DNA of 64,000 bases from Anolis carolinensis. Taxonomy: Eukaryota. The notes under the pieces are model-generated. The model saw only the letters and a list, made by a program, of their open reading frames with translations. It was not told where the DNA came from and made no database searches. The first letter of the stretch is position 1. Each line of letters opens with the position of its first letter. The stretch spans positions 177,770,107-177,834,106 of the forward strand of contig NC_085844.1 in NCBI RefSeq assembly GCF_035594765.1. The letters run 5' to 3'. A program made the translations under genes and the position numbers. This document shows, piece after piece, positions 25,435 through 38,481 of the stretch.

Positions 25435-25949
25435 GTAAGTGTCTGCTCCTGAAAAACGCAGTATTAGCATGCTAATGATCAGTGTTAATACCAATTGTGT
25501 TTACACTGTGTGATCCCTCGACTGATGGACATCAGTAATTGTACGTAAATGTTATAACCTATTCATCACTTGATGGGCAATCTTCAGGTAAGGAGCCTTT
25601 TTGTACTTAACTAGGCTCCTTCTAGGACAGCAAACATGTTACTAGGGCCATACCTGAAGCCTTGCAAGCTTGATAGAGTCCACAGTTCTGCTAACGTATC
25701 CTTCAAAATCCTGGGATCATCTCCACCCCCTGATGAAGTGGCAGCTTTTGCAGAAGGAGCCCATAATAACTGCATTGAATTACTGAGGAAATACAACTCC
25801 ATGCTATGTAAATTGATGGGAGGAAGATGTATTCATATCTTTAAGGCTTATTCAACATAACTTTTATGGTTGAATGTACATGTTGTATAGATTATGAAAA
25901 GAAAACAGCTGTGGACATAGATGTAAGCCTATATCATTAGTCTCTCTCT

Positions 25950-26224
25950 TACTCTTAGGTGATCCCTCATAGTTCGAGGATGATGGTCCTCCATTTCTTG
26001 GAAGACGCCTGTGCGTGATTTTTTTTTAATGTGTGGAGGTCGGTGCACGGCCGGTCAACACACAGTCTTCACAAATTGAGGTCCCAGCAGTGGTGTGATT
26101 AACACGAGTGGCTTCTAAGTCTGTTGCAGCCTTCTTCCGCCTTCACAGCCGTTGTAACATGTACTATGTTATCCTCCGCCTGCTCCGCCGTTGAGGTCTT
26201 TGGGTCTTCAGATTGTTCTTGGTC
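25950..26224 (-). mobile_element. Non-coding retroposon with RTE-type tail
   Basis: Minus tail GGAGGACCATCATCCTCGAACTATGAGGGATCACCTAAG matches the RTE tail at 19470-19511; body is not RTE coding sequence. Confidence 0.6.
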
Positions 26225-27124
26225 TGGGGGATAAAAGCCTCGTAACTTGAAGGTTGGGTTGCTGACCTGAAAGCTGCCAGGTTCGAATCCCACCCAGGGA
26301 GAGTGCGGATGAGCTCCCTCTATCAGCTCCAGCTCCATGCGGGGACATGAGAGAAGCCTCCTACAAGGATGGTAAAACATCAAAACATCCGGGCGTCCCC
26401 TGGGCAACGTCCTTGCAGACGGCCAATTCACTCACTCCAGAAGCAACTCCGGTTGCTCCTGACACGAAAAAAACCCAAAAAAAACAAAAAACAGTAGCAC
26501 TGGTGTGTATCACTGCATCTCAGTACATGTCCACGTGTTCATTAAAGTTGCAGCTTTGACAATTGAGAGTGTAGAAAGAAGTGTAAAGGTTGTATCTCTT
26601 AAATGTTTACTAAATGGCATCGTGCTCCCCAGTACTTATCCTCTTGTTGAAAGGAGACATAACAATCCCACATGTCATCTAACTGATGAGCACTTGTCAG
26701 CAGATGCCATTTACCACTGCCTATCATAGAAAATAAGATTTAAATCAGAGTGCCTTCCTACATGTTTGAATAACTCGTGTCTAATGTCAGAAGATGCATC
26801 ATTATACAGGGTGCAATCCAGTTGGAGAGATTGCAGTTGTCTTGTGGAGTCCAAAGAAGTTGGAAAACCATAAGTTGACAAGCAATTTGAAGGCACACAC
26901 AAGACAAGAAGAAGTAAATCAAAGGCTTCTCCACTAATCCCTCCCCCAAAGGCATCATCCAGCTAGTTCAGGTCTGCAACATGACTCCCCTGGGTGTTGT
27001 GTTCAAGTGGAGAGTCTGGATCCTGAGTGATGGGCTACAGAATGTGTTTTGTGCAGGAATGTAGACTGTTCAACAAACTAGGATACATTATGTGTAGTAT
27101 GAATTAGTTCTTGTCAATCTCTAA

Positions 27125-27317
<193 letters not shown>

Positions 27318-27486
27318 GTAAACCTTTTGATGCGTCCACTTGTTTTTGCTGATTAGATGTGAAGTAGTGGTACTAACATATGCAAGCACACTGCCTAGGT
27401 TATGAGAGCAGACTCAGTTCAAATGAACCACCCTGAGTCTCCTTTGGGGTTGAGAAAGGCGATACAGTATATAAATACTGTAAATA

Positions 27487-27831
27487 CAGTAGAGTCTCGC
27501 TTATCCAACCTTCGCTTATCCAACATTCTGGATTATCCAACGCAGTTTGCCTTTTAGTAGTCAATGTTTTTGTAGTCAATGTTTTCAATACATTGCGATA
27601 TTTTGGTGCTAAATTCATAAATTCAGTAATTGCTACGTAACGTTACCGTGTATTTAACTGCTTTTTCTGTCGATTTGTTTTAAAACATGATGTTTTTGGT
27701 GCTTAATTTGTAAAACCATAACATAATTTGACGTTTAATAGGCATTTCTTTGATCCCTCCTTATTATACAACATTTTTGCTTATCCAACATTCTGCTGGC
27801 CCGTTTATGTTGGATAAGTGAGACTCTATTG
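27487..27831. mobile_element. Tc1/mariner (pogo-like) MITE nested in an L2 tail; second copy at 37227-37547
   Basis: TA flanks; TIR CAGTAGAGTCTCGCTTATCCAAC / GTTGGATAAGTGAGACTCTATTG. Confidence 0.85.
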
Positions 27832-27971
27832 TAAATAAATAAATAAGCCCTTTCAGACATGCTTTCACTTGAGTTAGAGCTCCCACCTTCCCTTCACTTT
27901 GTTCAATGATGGTTTGGGTTTGTAGTCACCCACAGTCTCCAGCTTTGCATGAGAACCAGGTGTGAAAAGTA

Positions 27972-28365
27972 CAGGGCGTTTCAAAAAGATGGACTCAATT
28001 TGAAAACACTATATTTCTGCAGTCACTGCCTATGAATGAAACCCTTGAAAGAGTGGAGCATAGTTTTAAATTATTACAGCTAGATGCCTCTCCCAGCCCA
28101 CAAAAAGCCCCTGACCTCAAACCATTCACAAGATAGCAATGTCAGCTATTGTAAAAATGGAGATTAGACTGACTAAAACAGATCAGCATACAACTAAATC
28201 TTTTCCAATAATATCAGTAGAGTGGTTGGTAAAATCTCATAACTCATTAAACCACTTGTAACTTTTTGTGCAATTATAACATGTTGCCATCATTAAACAG
28301 ACTGTTTAATGATGGCAACATGTTATAATTGCACGAAATTGACTCCATCATTTTGAAATACATGA
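27972..28365. mobile_element. Decayed Tc1/mariner-like element containing a perfect palindrome
   Basis: TA-CAGGGCGTTTCAAAAAGATGGACTCAATTT vs AAATTGACTCCATCATTTTGAAATAC. Confidence 0.6.
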
Positions 28366-28422
28366 GCTGCATGGACCAAATGCTATGTGATGTTTTCAGG
28401 CCAAAATTCTGCATACCCTGTT

Positions 28423-28571
28423 ATAGAATCATAGAATCCTAGAGTTGGAAGAGACCTCATGGGCCATCCAGTCCAACCCCTGCCAAGAAGCATGAAATCA
28501 CATTCAAAGCACCCCCGACAGATGGCCACCCAGCCTCTGCTTAAAAGCCTCCAAATAAGGCTTTTAAGCAG
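28423..28571 (-). mobile_element. CR1 3' tail fragment with 5' fold-back
   Basis: Matches 13147-13285; 14-bp hairpin at the truncation point. Confidence 0.88.
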
Positions 28572-29176
28572 TCCTCTCACTTAAGGAACATCTAATCCAA
28601 TTCATTTATGTTTCATATCCATCTTATATATATAGCCTGAAAGTAATTTTATAGAATATTTTAAAAAATAATCAGAAAGTGCATGAAATGAAGTTTGTGT
28701 ACCTATGAACATCAGAAAGCAAATACGCCACTATCTTAGCCACCCATGTAGACAATTTTGGATTTTTGTGTATTTCAAATGTGAGATTTCCCGGTAAGGG
28801 TTGCTCAACCTGTACAATTAAGACATAAGTCTTTGACAGGGGAAACAAGAGCCAATACTAAGAGATAGGTTAATCTCAATGGAAAGACATTCAACAAAGT
28901 TGTCACAGAAGAGAAGGCTCATCACTGTAACCAAACCAGTCTTATTATGCCCTGACCAGTGTAAGCAGAGCCACATATACATTCTGTAAAAACCAGAGCC
29001 ACCTATACTTGTATTTAGAAAAATAAGGAATAAAATATGAGAAAACTGCCTAAAATTCAGCCTAGCAGCAGCCAGTCAAAATAAGCAATACTGGACTAGA
29101 TGGAATTTAGATAGTTATCAGTAGAAGTCAGCATCATATTTTGTTAGGACAACTTTGTGTTCAGTAATACTACTTG

Positions 29177-29506
29177 GAGGCCTCCTGTGGCGCAGTGTGT
29201 TAAAGCGCTGAGCTGCTAAACTTGCTGACCAAAATGTCACAAGTTCGAATCCCGGGAGCGGAATGAGCGCCCACTGTTAGCCCCAGCTTCTGCCAACCTA
29301 GCAGTTCGAAAACATGCAAATGTGAGATCAATAGGTACTGCTTCGGTGGGAAGGTAACAGTGCTCCATGCAGTCATGCTGGCCACATGACCTTGGAAGTG
29401 TCTACGGACAACGCCGGCTCTTCAGCTTAAAAATGGAGATGCGCACCAACCCCCAGAGTCGGACACGACTGGACTTAACGTCAAGGGAAACCTTTACCCT
29501 TTACCT
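29177..29506 (+). mobile_element. Full-length Sauria SINE
   Basis: Head to (ACCTTT) tail; 12-bp TSD taatactacttg. Confidence 0.93.
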
Positions 29507-30001
29507 TAATACTACTTGAGGGTTTTTTTTAAATTTCTGCTTTCATTTGAGGCTGTTTTTATAAATGGGGAGTTTTAAAGTTTGTTAGCAATATACAATT
29601 ACCAAACTCAGTGGGACTGAGTTCTGAGTAAATATGCTTAGGATCACATTGTTGCACTATAATATTTTTTCCTATATCTATTTACTTGGGAATAAGGTCT
29701 AATCAGCATACTTCATTTTGAGAAGGGAGGTGTAAGGCTGCATGTTGAAATCTGATATGGACTTGTTATTTCTTAAGGAAGGATTAAATCAAAAGAATAC
29801 TTCTTCACTGATAACTGCTGAGTATTGAAGCTACAGACAGAAAAACCAGGTTGTATTATTCTACTGAGTTTGGATTTTACAGGAAACAACAAAAAATGAG
29901 GGGGGGGAGGCTCCTTTCCCACACATCAAAAATTCTTCAGGTAAGCACAGCAATATGAAGGCAACAAAAACGTGCTTTAGATCCTATCTATTTTGTTTTA
30001 G

Positions 30002-30122
30002 ACAAAATTATATGAATTACTCAATGGAAACAAGAACACATTTCAGAATTCAAGATGCTGTGCACCAAGCCAGATCTTCCCCAACAAATTGTATTCATTG
30101 AGTAGAAACTGTATTTTTGTAA
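30002..30122 (+). pseudogene. TTC39A: TTC39A terminal pseudo-exon (exon 18 equivalent)
   Basis: tag|QNYMNYSMETRTHFRIQDAVHQARSSPTNCIH*VETVFL* vs [40 protein letters not shown]. TGA at 30099, probable ancestral TAA at 30120. Confidence 0.92.
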
Positions 30123-31190
30123 AGTTGCTTTAAAAAAAGGTGATCTTGTTTTATATTGAAACTTTCACAATAGGACATTGCTGACAATATATTGAGATGT
30201 TTTCACTCTGTTAAGTTTAACACTAAATATAATTAATGCCATACTATGGAGGATTTAGTGGTAAAAAAATACATCTCTCCCCTACGTTATAATATTTTTG
30301 TGCTCACTTTCTTTTGTAAGTTTTTGTTAAAAGTTTGTATACCTGCTTGGGCCAGAAATCCTCTTGACTTCCTCTACCAATTGTGCCAACAGCTACAGCT
30401 GTTAGAAGTGGAAGCCTTCTTCAAAAGACTACAGAAAAGAAAGGAGGAAGAGTTAACTGGAAACAGGAAGAGTTGACTTCAAGCCCATTCTTTTGGGACG
30501 AGGGACAAGGACCTCTGAGACAAGGTGCTCTTGGGAACAGTCAGGACAGTTGTGTGTCCCTTGGCACAGACAATTGTCAAACCAACCTTCCAAGAACTTT
30601 CTGACTTCAAAGATTTTCCCAAGGAGGTTGTACAGTGGAAGACTAGGCAACTCAGCATTAAAAGTCTTATTTTGTCCCTGTTGCCACCTTCTTCCATGAT
30701 TGCGGAGATGATAGTCTACATACTGTTGTTGCACTTAGCTAGGATAGATCTACTGAATAAATAGCATTTTCCTGTGTGGTGACTCACCCTTCAATAATAG
30801 ATGCTAGTTAGGACGAACTACCAATCTATGTAGCCATTAGTCTAGTGAACTGTTATTCTAATGCAGTGATTCCCAATCTTTTTATGACCAGGGACCAACT
30901 TTGACCAGGCCCACTTGACCGGGGACCACTTTGATCAGGGACCACTCTCCAATATTAGTACCAAAAGGACAGCTCTGCGGAAAGGAGCGGAAATAAAATA
31001 AATATAATATTTATTTATTTTATAGGAAGGAGGTTCATGGACCAGATTTTTGTTTGCACGGCTCACTGAAAGAAATAGACGTTCATGAAGTGTGTAGTTA
31101 ACATGTTCAGGATAGGAATTCCTAATCCAAAACGCTTGGGGCCAGAGTTTTAGATTTCAGTCCATCCGTCCCTGCCCCCCCCCTTGCACG

Positions 31191-31743
31191 TGAGAGGGGT
31201 GAATGAAAAGTTTTGAGCCTACCCATGAAGAAGCCACTGTGGGACAACCAAAATACTTTGTGGGGAACAGCAACTCTTCATCATATTTCATGCTAAATTT
31301 CACCTGTGTGTGAGCTGCTGCTCTCTGATGATGGGGGGAAACATCAAGAAAAAGGGCAACTCTCAGAAGTGAGAACTATGTTGTGGATCGTGCCACTTCC
31401 TTGTACTTACTTTCCCTGTAAGAACTCAATGATTGTGGTTTCAAATTATCATTGCACCCAACATATTTGCCTGACCTCATACTGTCAGACTTCTACCTTT
31501 TCCCTGCTATGAAGGAAAGCCTGAAAAGAATGCATTTCCTGTCTGACAACACTGTCATAGTTCCTGTGAATGACTGATACAACTCCCAGAGGAAATTAAT
31601 TTTTCCCAAGGGTTGGCTAACCTGGAGCATAGATGGGAAAATGTGCCATAGTGGAGGGGGAGTACGTGGAACAGTTGTGAAGTTTCATCACTATCATAGA
31701 ACAGCATCACAGGTAGGATCACGATTTTCATCCACCCCTCATA
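31191..31743 (+). mobile_element. Internally deleted mariner relic
   Basis: HPTYLPDLILSDFYLFPAMKESLKRMHF (HPPYSPDLAPSDF-type motif) near 31455-31538; TIR GAGGGGTGAATGAAAA / TTTTCATCCACCCCTC. Confidence 0.75.
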
Positions 31744-31752
31744 CATAAACAA

Positions 31753-31891
31753 NNNNNNNNNNNNNNNNNNNNNNNNNNNNNNNNNNNNNNNNNNNNNNNN
31801 NNNNNNNNNNNNNNNNNNNNNNNNNNNNNNNNNNNNNNNNNNNNNNNNNNNNNNNNNNNNNNNNNNNNNNNNNNNNNNNNNNNNNNNNNNN
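31753..31891. other. Assembly gap (139 N)
   Basis: Run of N. Confidence 1.
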
Positions 31892-31999
31892 CAAAGGTGG
31901 ATGGTTTTTGAATTTGGAAGATTTTGTAAATCCGAACAACAGTTGCTCCACTTGCAATACCCTGTTCAATTTTTTGTGAATGTCAGTCATATGTTTACA

Positions 32000-34900
32000 C
32001 AGATGGTAAGCCATTTTTTTATTTAACTTTTAAAATGTGGTATTCATCTTCCTGAGAATGAAATAAGGACCACTTTATATGCTTTCATATTCTTTTTTAA
32101 AACATAACAGTTTGAAATTAGGAGTGGGCAAAGTGAAGACACATCCAGTCCCACAAGACTGTATTTGCAGCCTTTGATCACTTCAAATCCCCCAGAAGCC
32201 TCCATGAGTAACGACTTACCGTTCAAATACGTTGCAGGGACCTTTTGGTCTGTTCAACACTGGAGAAAAAAAACATTTTTCACAAATGGAAGTGGACTTC
32301 CAGCCCTGTCAGCCATGCAACTATAAAAGTTTGACACCTTTTGTTTGTCAGTATATTAAATATACTGTGGTCAGTATATTAAATATTTTTGTTGACCTTG
32401 ATGTATGTAACAAGTCTTTGTTTTTTCTTCAAAATACCTACTGGCAAAATGTCATTGTTGAATCCGAATCTTTTTGGGCTATCACAAGTAAATATTTCTT
32501 GGATGAAGCCATAAATAAAAGCAGAGCTACTGGAGGCCTGCATCAGCATGGCAGGTTCTGCAAGGAGAGGAAGCTCTCTAAGAACATCTTTACAGCATAG
32601 GCAATTAAATGCAACTGTTTCATCCAGCTGCAATTACTGACTGTGTTTACGTCTTCTATGGCACTTTAAAGTTGCAAGCTAATGCATCCTTGCAGGGCCA
32701 AATTCCTGATGCCACCCCACATTATAACAACCCTGGGAGTTGGCAAATAAATGTCAGGCTCATATGGGGGTTGGACTATATTCCTTTAAGTGGGATAAAT
32801 ATTCTAACTGATGTTATCACAGTGAGTTTCTCTTTGCCTCCTATTTGTCCAGCTATAATGGACAACGGAAAGGGTACACACCGAACAGTGACTTCAATTT
32901 TGAATAAACAATTCCAAATTGCTTAAGAAAGAAGTCAGTCCAAATGAACGGATTTATGTGATGAAAGATTAAGCACAGAAGAATTTGTTCTCTCCTTCTA
33001 TATTTGGCAGGGTCTAAATAACCAGAAAGCACCCATATTTGGGTGGGAGATTGCCAGAAAATACCAGGCACTGTAGACTATATTTAAGAGGAAAGTGATG
33101 TCAAACCACCCCTGAGCACTCCCTGCTTAAGAAAACTTATGAAATTAATGGTATCACCACCAACATCTACAGACTAACAATACACTTTTTCATAATACTT
33201 TTCTCCCCACCTCTTGTTTTGTGGGCCTTGGAAGAAACAATGATGAACGTGAAAAAGGTGGTTAAAAATATTCATTTGCCAGTTTAACAATCCAAGGTAA
33301 AACAAAAGAAAAGTCTGGCAATACTTCACAAGAGAGACATCAACATTTATGGAAAACAACACATGGAATGGTAAGATAGTATGGTTTACTATGAAAATAT
33401 TGCACAATTTCATTTCTTTCTCTCTCAAATTCAATTCTTGCAACTGAGAACAACAGAATTAAAGGTTGGGAACTGAGAAATGTAAATCACCCTAAGACTA
33501 CTTGCTTTACGCTCTTTTCTTCTGCAGTCTGTTGAGACCTCTGTGGATCTAATCTGGAGTTCATGGCGAACTGTCTCACTCCAATTCAGTGACCTATTCC
33601 AGGTATATAGGAATACCTCAGAACATGTTCAATCTGTCCTGTCAATCAAAATGATTTCATAAGGTCTGCGTGTATACAATGGAGTACACATTGGAATGTG
33701 CATTGAGGCATTTGAATAATAATAATCCACAGTGCCATTTCTGCAGGATAATAAATAAGACATTATACAGGTTTTTGCATTCTACTAAGTAATCTTGTAG
33801 AAATTATTTGACATGTCATTGCTCTATACTGTTAAGCATACAGTCTTCTGGAGTAGTTTGTTTAAATACATTTCTAAGAATCATGTAATCAACCAAAAAC
33901 AATTCTCAATATACTGCAGTTAACTAGAGCCTGCATCTCATGCTAAACTAAAATACTCGCAATGTATTGGCATTAAGTCAAATGTATAAAAGTTACATTA
34001 AAGAACATTGAAGAGGACAAAAACCCACATGCTAAGTGGATAAAAAAATATTTCTTTACAACTACACTTTCTTTGTATGACTGTGTATCAAGTATTTTTT
34101 TTCTTAGTCTCAAAAAGGTAAATACTTGGAACCAGCCTTCACCAGCTGCAGATAGCTTTCTTAATCGCTCCTATGCAGTGCCAAATATGAATTTTGCATT
34201 TTTGTACAAAACATAAAATATAGTTTTTTCACATCTGCCTTATAGACTGCTATACCAGCCAGCAGAATACAAAAAATACATTTAATACAGAGACTGAGAT
34301 ACAGTGCGGTCTTGAGAATCTAGGAACTACAAGAATGAGAGATGCAGTATCCTTTTTTATATGGTTCAAGATAACTTTTGCTGAAGGAAGGAAGTTCTAA
34401 ACAAACTTTTGTGTGTTTGTGATAGGTAATCTTTACCTTGTCTTCATCTGCACCATGCTTCATTTTAGCGTGACAAATGTAAAATCAATTTCCATATTTA
34501 AGCTCTGCAAACTCTTTAGGCAGAAAGGAAGCAGCAAAAGAGATAGTTAGGAAGATAAACACTTGTTTGCCTATTAATATTTTTAATACCCTCACATTAA
34601 AATGTCACATAGAAAAGAGATAGTGCATCTCACGTTTGCTAATAAACTAGGAGATTGTTTTCGAAGACCACATAATCCCAACTGCAAACAAAATATAGCA
34701 CTTTTATAACAGGTTATAAATAAACTGGTTTTCAAGCATAGAGCCAGCCCAAACATAAGAATACATTATTTAAAAAGACCTAAGGCAAAATGGATTCCAT
34801 TTCTCATGGATAAAAAAAGAACTGTGCAAACAAGCTTAAAACTATTTTTGTGCCAGTGTTATAAAATATAGTTGTTGGGGTTTTCTTTTTTTGTAAGTAG

Positions 34901-35410
34901 AGCATTGACCCAAATACCAGAAAACCTGCGACGCAAACCAGGCAAGAATTGCCACTTTCTTTAGGAAAAAGGATACTTCAACATCCCTTTCTCAAACCCC
35001 TCCCTTCTCCTAGTAGCACTCTTGAGTCATTTCACTGATGCTTGGGCACAAGAACTTCACGGTGGTTTAAGTCCACACAACTGTGTCAGGAACACTCACC
35101 GTACTATTCCTCAGGAGAGGTGTGCTAACACACCTTTCTTAAGGAGTGAAACTAATTTTAAGCACTGGATCAAGGCTTTACAAAAAATAGCATCCTACTT
35201 ATTTCTATATTCCCTAAAACATAGTTCCTCCTCCCTCCCTCTGCCACTACCTGCAATTATGCAGGATATTGTTTTCTTCGATTGTTAGGAAACAAGCTTT
35301 TATTGTGCATGATTTTACTTCCTAATCTCTGGTTCTTTGGGCAGAATGACAAAGGATAAGACCCAGGAAGCCGGATGTTTTCCTCAACCGATCACAAGAG
35401 AGGCTGTGGC
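32000..35410 (-). promoter_or_regulatory. RNF11: Putative RNF11 3'UTR with candidate poly(A) signals (AATAAA at 35299-35304 and 32018-32023), miR-19 8mer and AU-rich nonamers
   Basis: Directly follows the stop; nearly TE-free. mRNA-sense TTTGCACA at 34823-34830, TTATTTATT at 33750-33758, TTATTTATA at 34715-34723. Distal end uncertain. Confidence 0.55.
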
Positions 35411-35582
35411 TCAGTTAGTTTCGTAGGATGACAATAGTGCTGCATCAACGGGCTCCATGCAGGAAGGACATGTGAAAGATCTCATCAACCAGTCATCTAT
35501 ACAGTCCAGGTGGTAAATATGCATGCATGGCAGGAATCTGATAGGATCCCCGTAAACAAAGTCCATCATACAGATGACGCAT
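35411..35582 (-). CDS. RNF11: RING finger protein 11, last coding exon (RING-H2 domain)
   Basis: ttctag|A TGC...: CVICMMDFVYGDPIRFLPCMHIYHLDCIDDWLMRSFTCPSCMEPVDAALLSSYETN-TGA. C3H2C3 RING; phase fits exon 2 (GA+A=Glu). Confidence 0.98.
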
Positions 35583-36039
35583 CTAGAAGGGAAAAGGAAA
35601 AGAAAGTGGAGAAAATCTAAATTATTAACTCCATGAAAGTCCACTTAATAGCTGCATTTACTGTATGAGTGAAGTTATTGACGACTCTGAAGAAAATCAT
35701 GAATGTAATCTTCCTGAACAAGCAATACTTGCAGTACTGTGGCATAAGGCAAAAATGTGCAATAAGCTATTTGGTCGAAAGATGATGAGAAAGCAGCGGA
35801 TGAGGAAAATGAAAAGACAAATGAGGCTTCAAACTGGATAAAAAGAACGCTTTCAAATGAACAGCCACAGTGCCAACAAGTCAAATTTCTATGCTACCTA
35901 CTCTTCTTTAGTGGATAAAGAAAAAAAAAGTTGTGGGAATACAGGAAAGGATGCAAGATGATGCCATCCAGAATTTCCTCTCTTCCCTCAATATTCAGTT
36001 TAGTCACATAATAGAAGCCATGACTTTAGTTGAGAAGAC

Positions 36040-36630
36040 AAGAATTATGAACCCAGCAAGTTCAGAGCAGAGCCCAGGATCATGGCATATCAAAAGGAAG
36101 TGCATAAGTATCATCTGCCCTGTTGAACATTGTGAAAGCCATCCACTGTATGGCTATCAGCCTCCTCCCAGTAGACTCAAATCAAGGAAAAGCTTAATAA
36201 GAACCACCACTCCTCTTAACATTCCCCCAGCAACAGCAAGAGTATCCCTCTGGTAGCTCAACCACGAAATCCCAACTGGATGGCCCCCCACGAGGGTCTG
36301 CCTCCAGGGGCAAATCAAGAATGGGCAACGTGGAAGTCTCTGAACAGACTCAGAAGTGGAGTGGGCAGATCAAAAGACAACCTGGCAAAATGGCACTACC
36401 TAGAAGAATCCTCCACCTTGTGCCACTGTGCAGCAGAGCAGACAACTCTGCATCTGTATGCTTGTCCACAATGTCCTATCTCATGTACAAAGGAAGAATT
36501 GTTTGAGGCTACAGAAATGCGGTCACTGTTGCCCATTTTTGGTCAAAATATATTTAGCCGCTTGTGCTCTTTCTATTTTTATCAGTTTTATACTAATTTA
36601 TGCAATGCTTCTGATACGAAATAAATAAAA
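36040..36630 (+). mobile_element. Vingi LINE 3' fragment in RNF11 intron 2
   Basis: HPLYGYQPPPSRLKSRKS..WATWKSLNRLRSGVGRSK..LCHC..EQTTLHLYAC; tail GCTTCTGATACGAAATAAAT. Confidence 0.82.
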
Positions 36631-37014
36631 ATCCGCCTTGTGGATTTACAGCACCAAAACCAGCAGTAAACAAGTAGACATTTCTAAAACTTATTTCCCT
36701 TTTTAAAAAGGGAGATTTTGCTTATGTTACACGCGAATATGTGATATGTATTTTAATTATGTTGTGGTCTATCTGTCTGTTTTAACCATGTTGTACCCTG
36801 TCTTGAGCCGCAAGGAAAGGAGGGTAAGAAATAAATTGATGATGGTGATGATGGAGGTGGGATTTCTCACTTATGACTCCCTTCCAACATTTTTCCAAAT
36901 GTATCCCCCATTTGAAATAAACCTGCAAGGGTAGCCTACTTACCCTACTTTTACAGAAAAAATACATTTTACTTTTTATGACAATTTATTTAAAAAATCA
37001 ACCAATTTAATTCA

Positions 37015-37048
<34 letters not shown>

Positions 37049-37794
37049 TATACCCCGTTTTATTTCTCCCGAAGGAGACTTAAAGTGGGACCCAAGGCAG
37101 TTCACAGATAAAATGAGTTAAAACATTACAATTTTTAAAACAGTATAAAATTATTTTTAAAAGATACAAAAGTTAGAATCATTAAAAAGAGAGAATGCAC
37201 CCCAATTTCCCCCCTGAGAGATATTACAATAGTCTTGCTTATCCAACCTTCGTTTATCCAATGTTCTGTATTATCTAATGCAGTCTGCCTCCCGCCTTGA
37301 TCCACAGCTGTTTCTCTAGGCATCAACACGCAGCAGGCCAACACACCCAACAGCAACATAAGTGCAACCACACTCCCAAACAAGAGGCAGACGTGTTGTA
37401 AAACATGATGTTTTTGTGCTTAATTTGTAAAATCATAATGTAATTTGACATTTAATTGGCTTTTCCTTAATTCCTCCTTATTAGCAACATTTTTGCTTAT
37501 CCAATGTTCTGCTGGCTCATTTATTTTGGATAAGTGAGATTCTACTGTACACATTAAAAGCCTGCTTGAAGAGAAATGTGCTTGTCTGCTAGTAAAAGGA
37601 AAATCTAGTCACAATTTGTCCTTTTGGTGCAGTGGGAGATCTCTCCTTCTTCTCCCCTCCCTGCAATCTTTTGCTGCCTACCATTGCCTCTGCCCGTTTT
37701 CCTAGTAGTGCTTTCAGCTATCTGCCCTGCCTTCATTTCACTGTACTCAGTTCAATGTACTCCAGCTGCCACTGGACAAAATTTTCATTAAAAG

Positions 37795-38117
37795 CGGTGT
37801 TTATTTATTTATTTATTTACTACGTTTATATCCCGCCCTTCTCACCCCGAAGGGGACTCAGAGCGGCTTACAAATTAAATTTACATACAATATTATATTA
37901 TTAGCATAGCACAATACTGGCAATAAATTACTATATTGTACTATATCAATATATTGTAATATTATTAGTAATATTGCATGTAAAATATAATATATAATTA
38001 ATATTATATTGTATTATTAGTATTATATTGTATTATAATAAAATATTATGAATATTATATGTATATACAATATGTTATATTATTATATATTATTGTATCT
38101 CTCTCTCTCTCTCTCTA
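37795..38117 (-). repeat. L2-type tail plus AT-rich low-complexity and (CT)n
   Basis: (TTTA)n, CCGCCCTTCTCACCCCGAAGGGGACTCAGAGCGG, then TAT/ATA runs. Confidence 0.65.
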
Positions 38118-38311
38118 GCATAGCATAGCATGATTACAGGGTTTCTCATCACTTTCAGTACGGGCAGCATATGTTGCACATGAATGCACAACAAGGCAAC
38201 TTGGTGTCCAGCACGGCTATTTGGAGAAAGACTCTAGCCAATGGTAGATCTGTTTCCCTGGCCTTCTCTACACATGGAAATTTAATGTGCCAAGCTGTTT
38301 ATGGGACTTAC

Positions 38312-38481
38312 TCTCTAATTTTTTTCTCAGAACCATCTCTTCCTGGATCATAGACTCCTTTCGGCAAATGCTGTATAAGACCTATCCGTTGGGCTATCCT
38401 AATTTGTTCCTCTTCCGTGAGTTGGGTCGCTAGCCGGGTCTGGCTGGGAGTCGGGTGGTAAACTGGAACTGGAACTTGTTC
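38312..38481 (-). CDS. RNF11: RING finger protein 11, coding exon 2
   Basis: ttttag|EQVPVPVYHPTPSQTRLATQLTEEEQIRIAQRIGLIQHLPKGVYDPGRDGSEKKIR(E)|gtaagt, 170 nt, canonical splice sites. Confidence 0.98.

Noticed and set aside
30099-30101. Terminal-exon TGA as decisive evidence of loss
   Set aside because: Only 7 codons before the likely ancestral stop, in a poorly conserved tail; weak on its own
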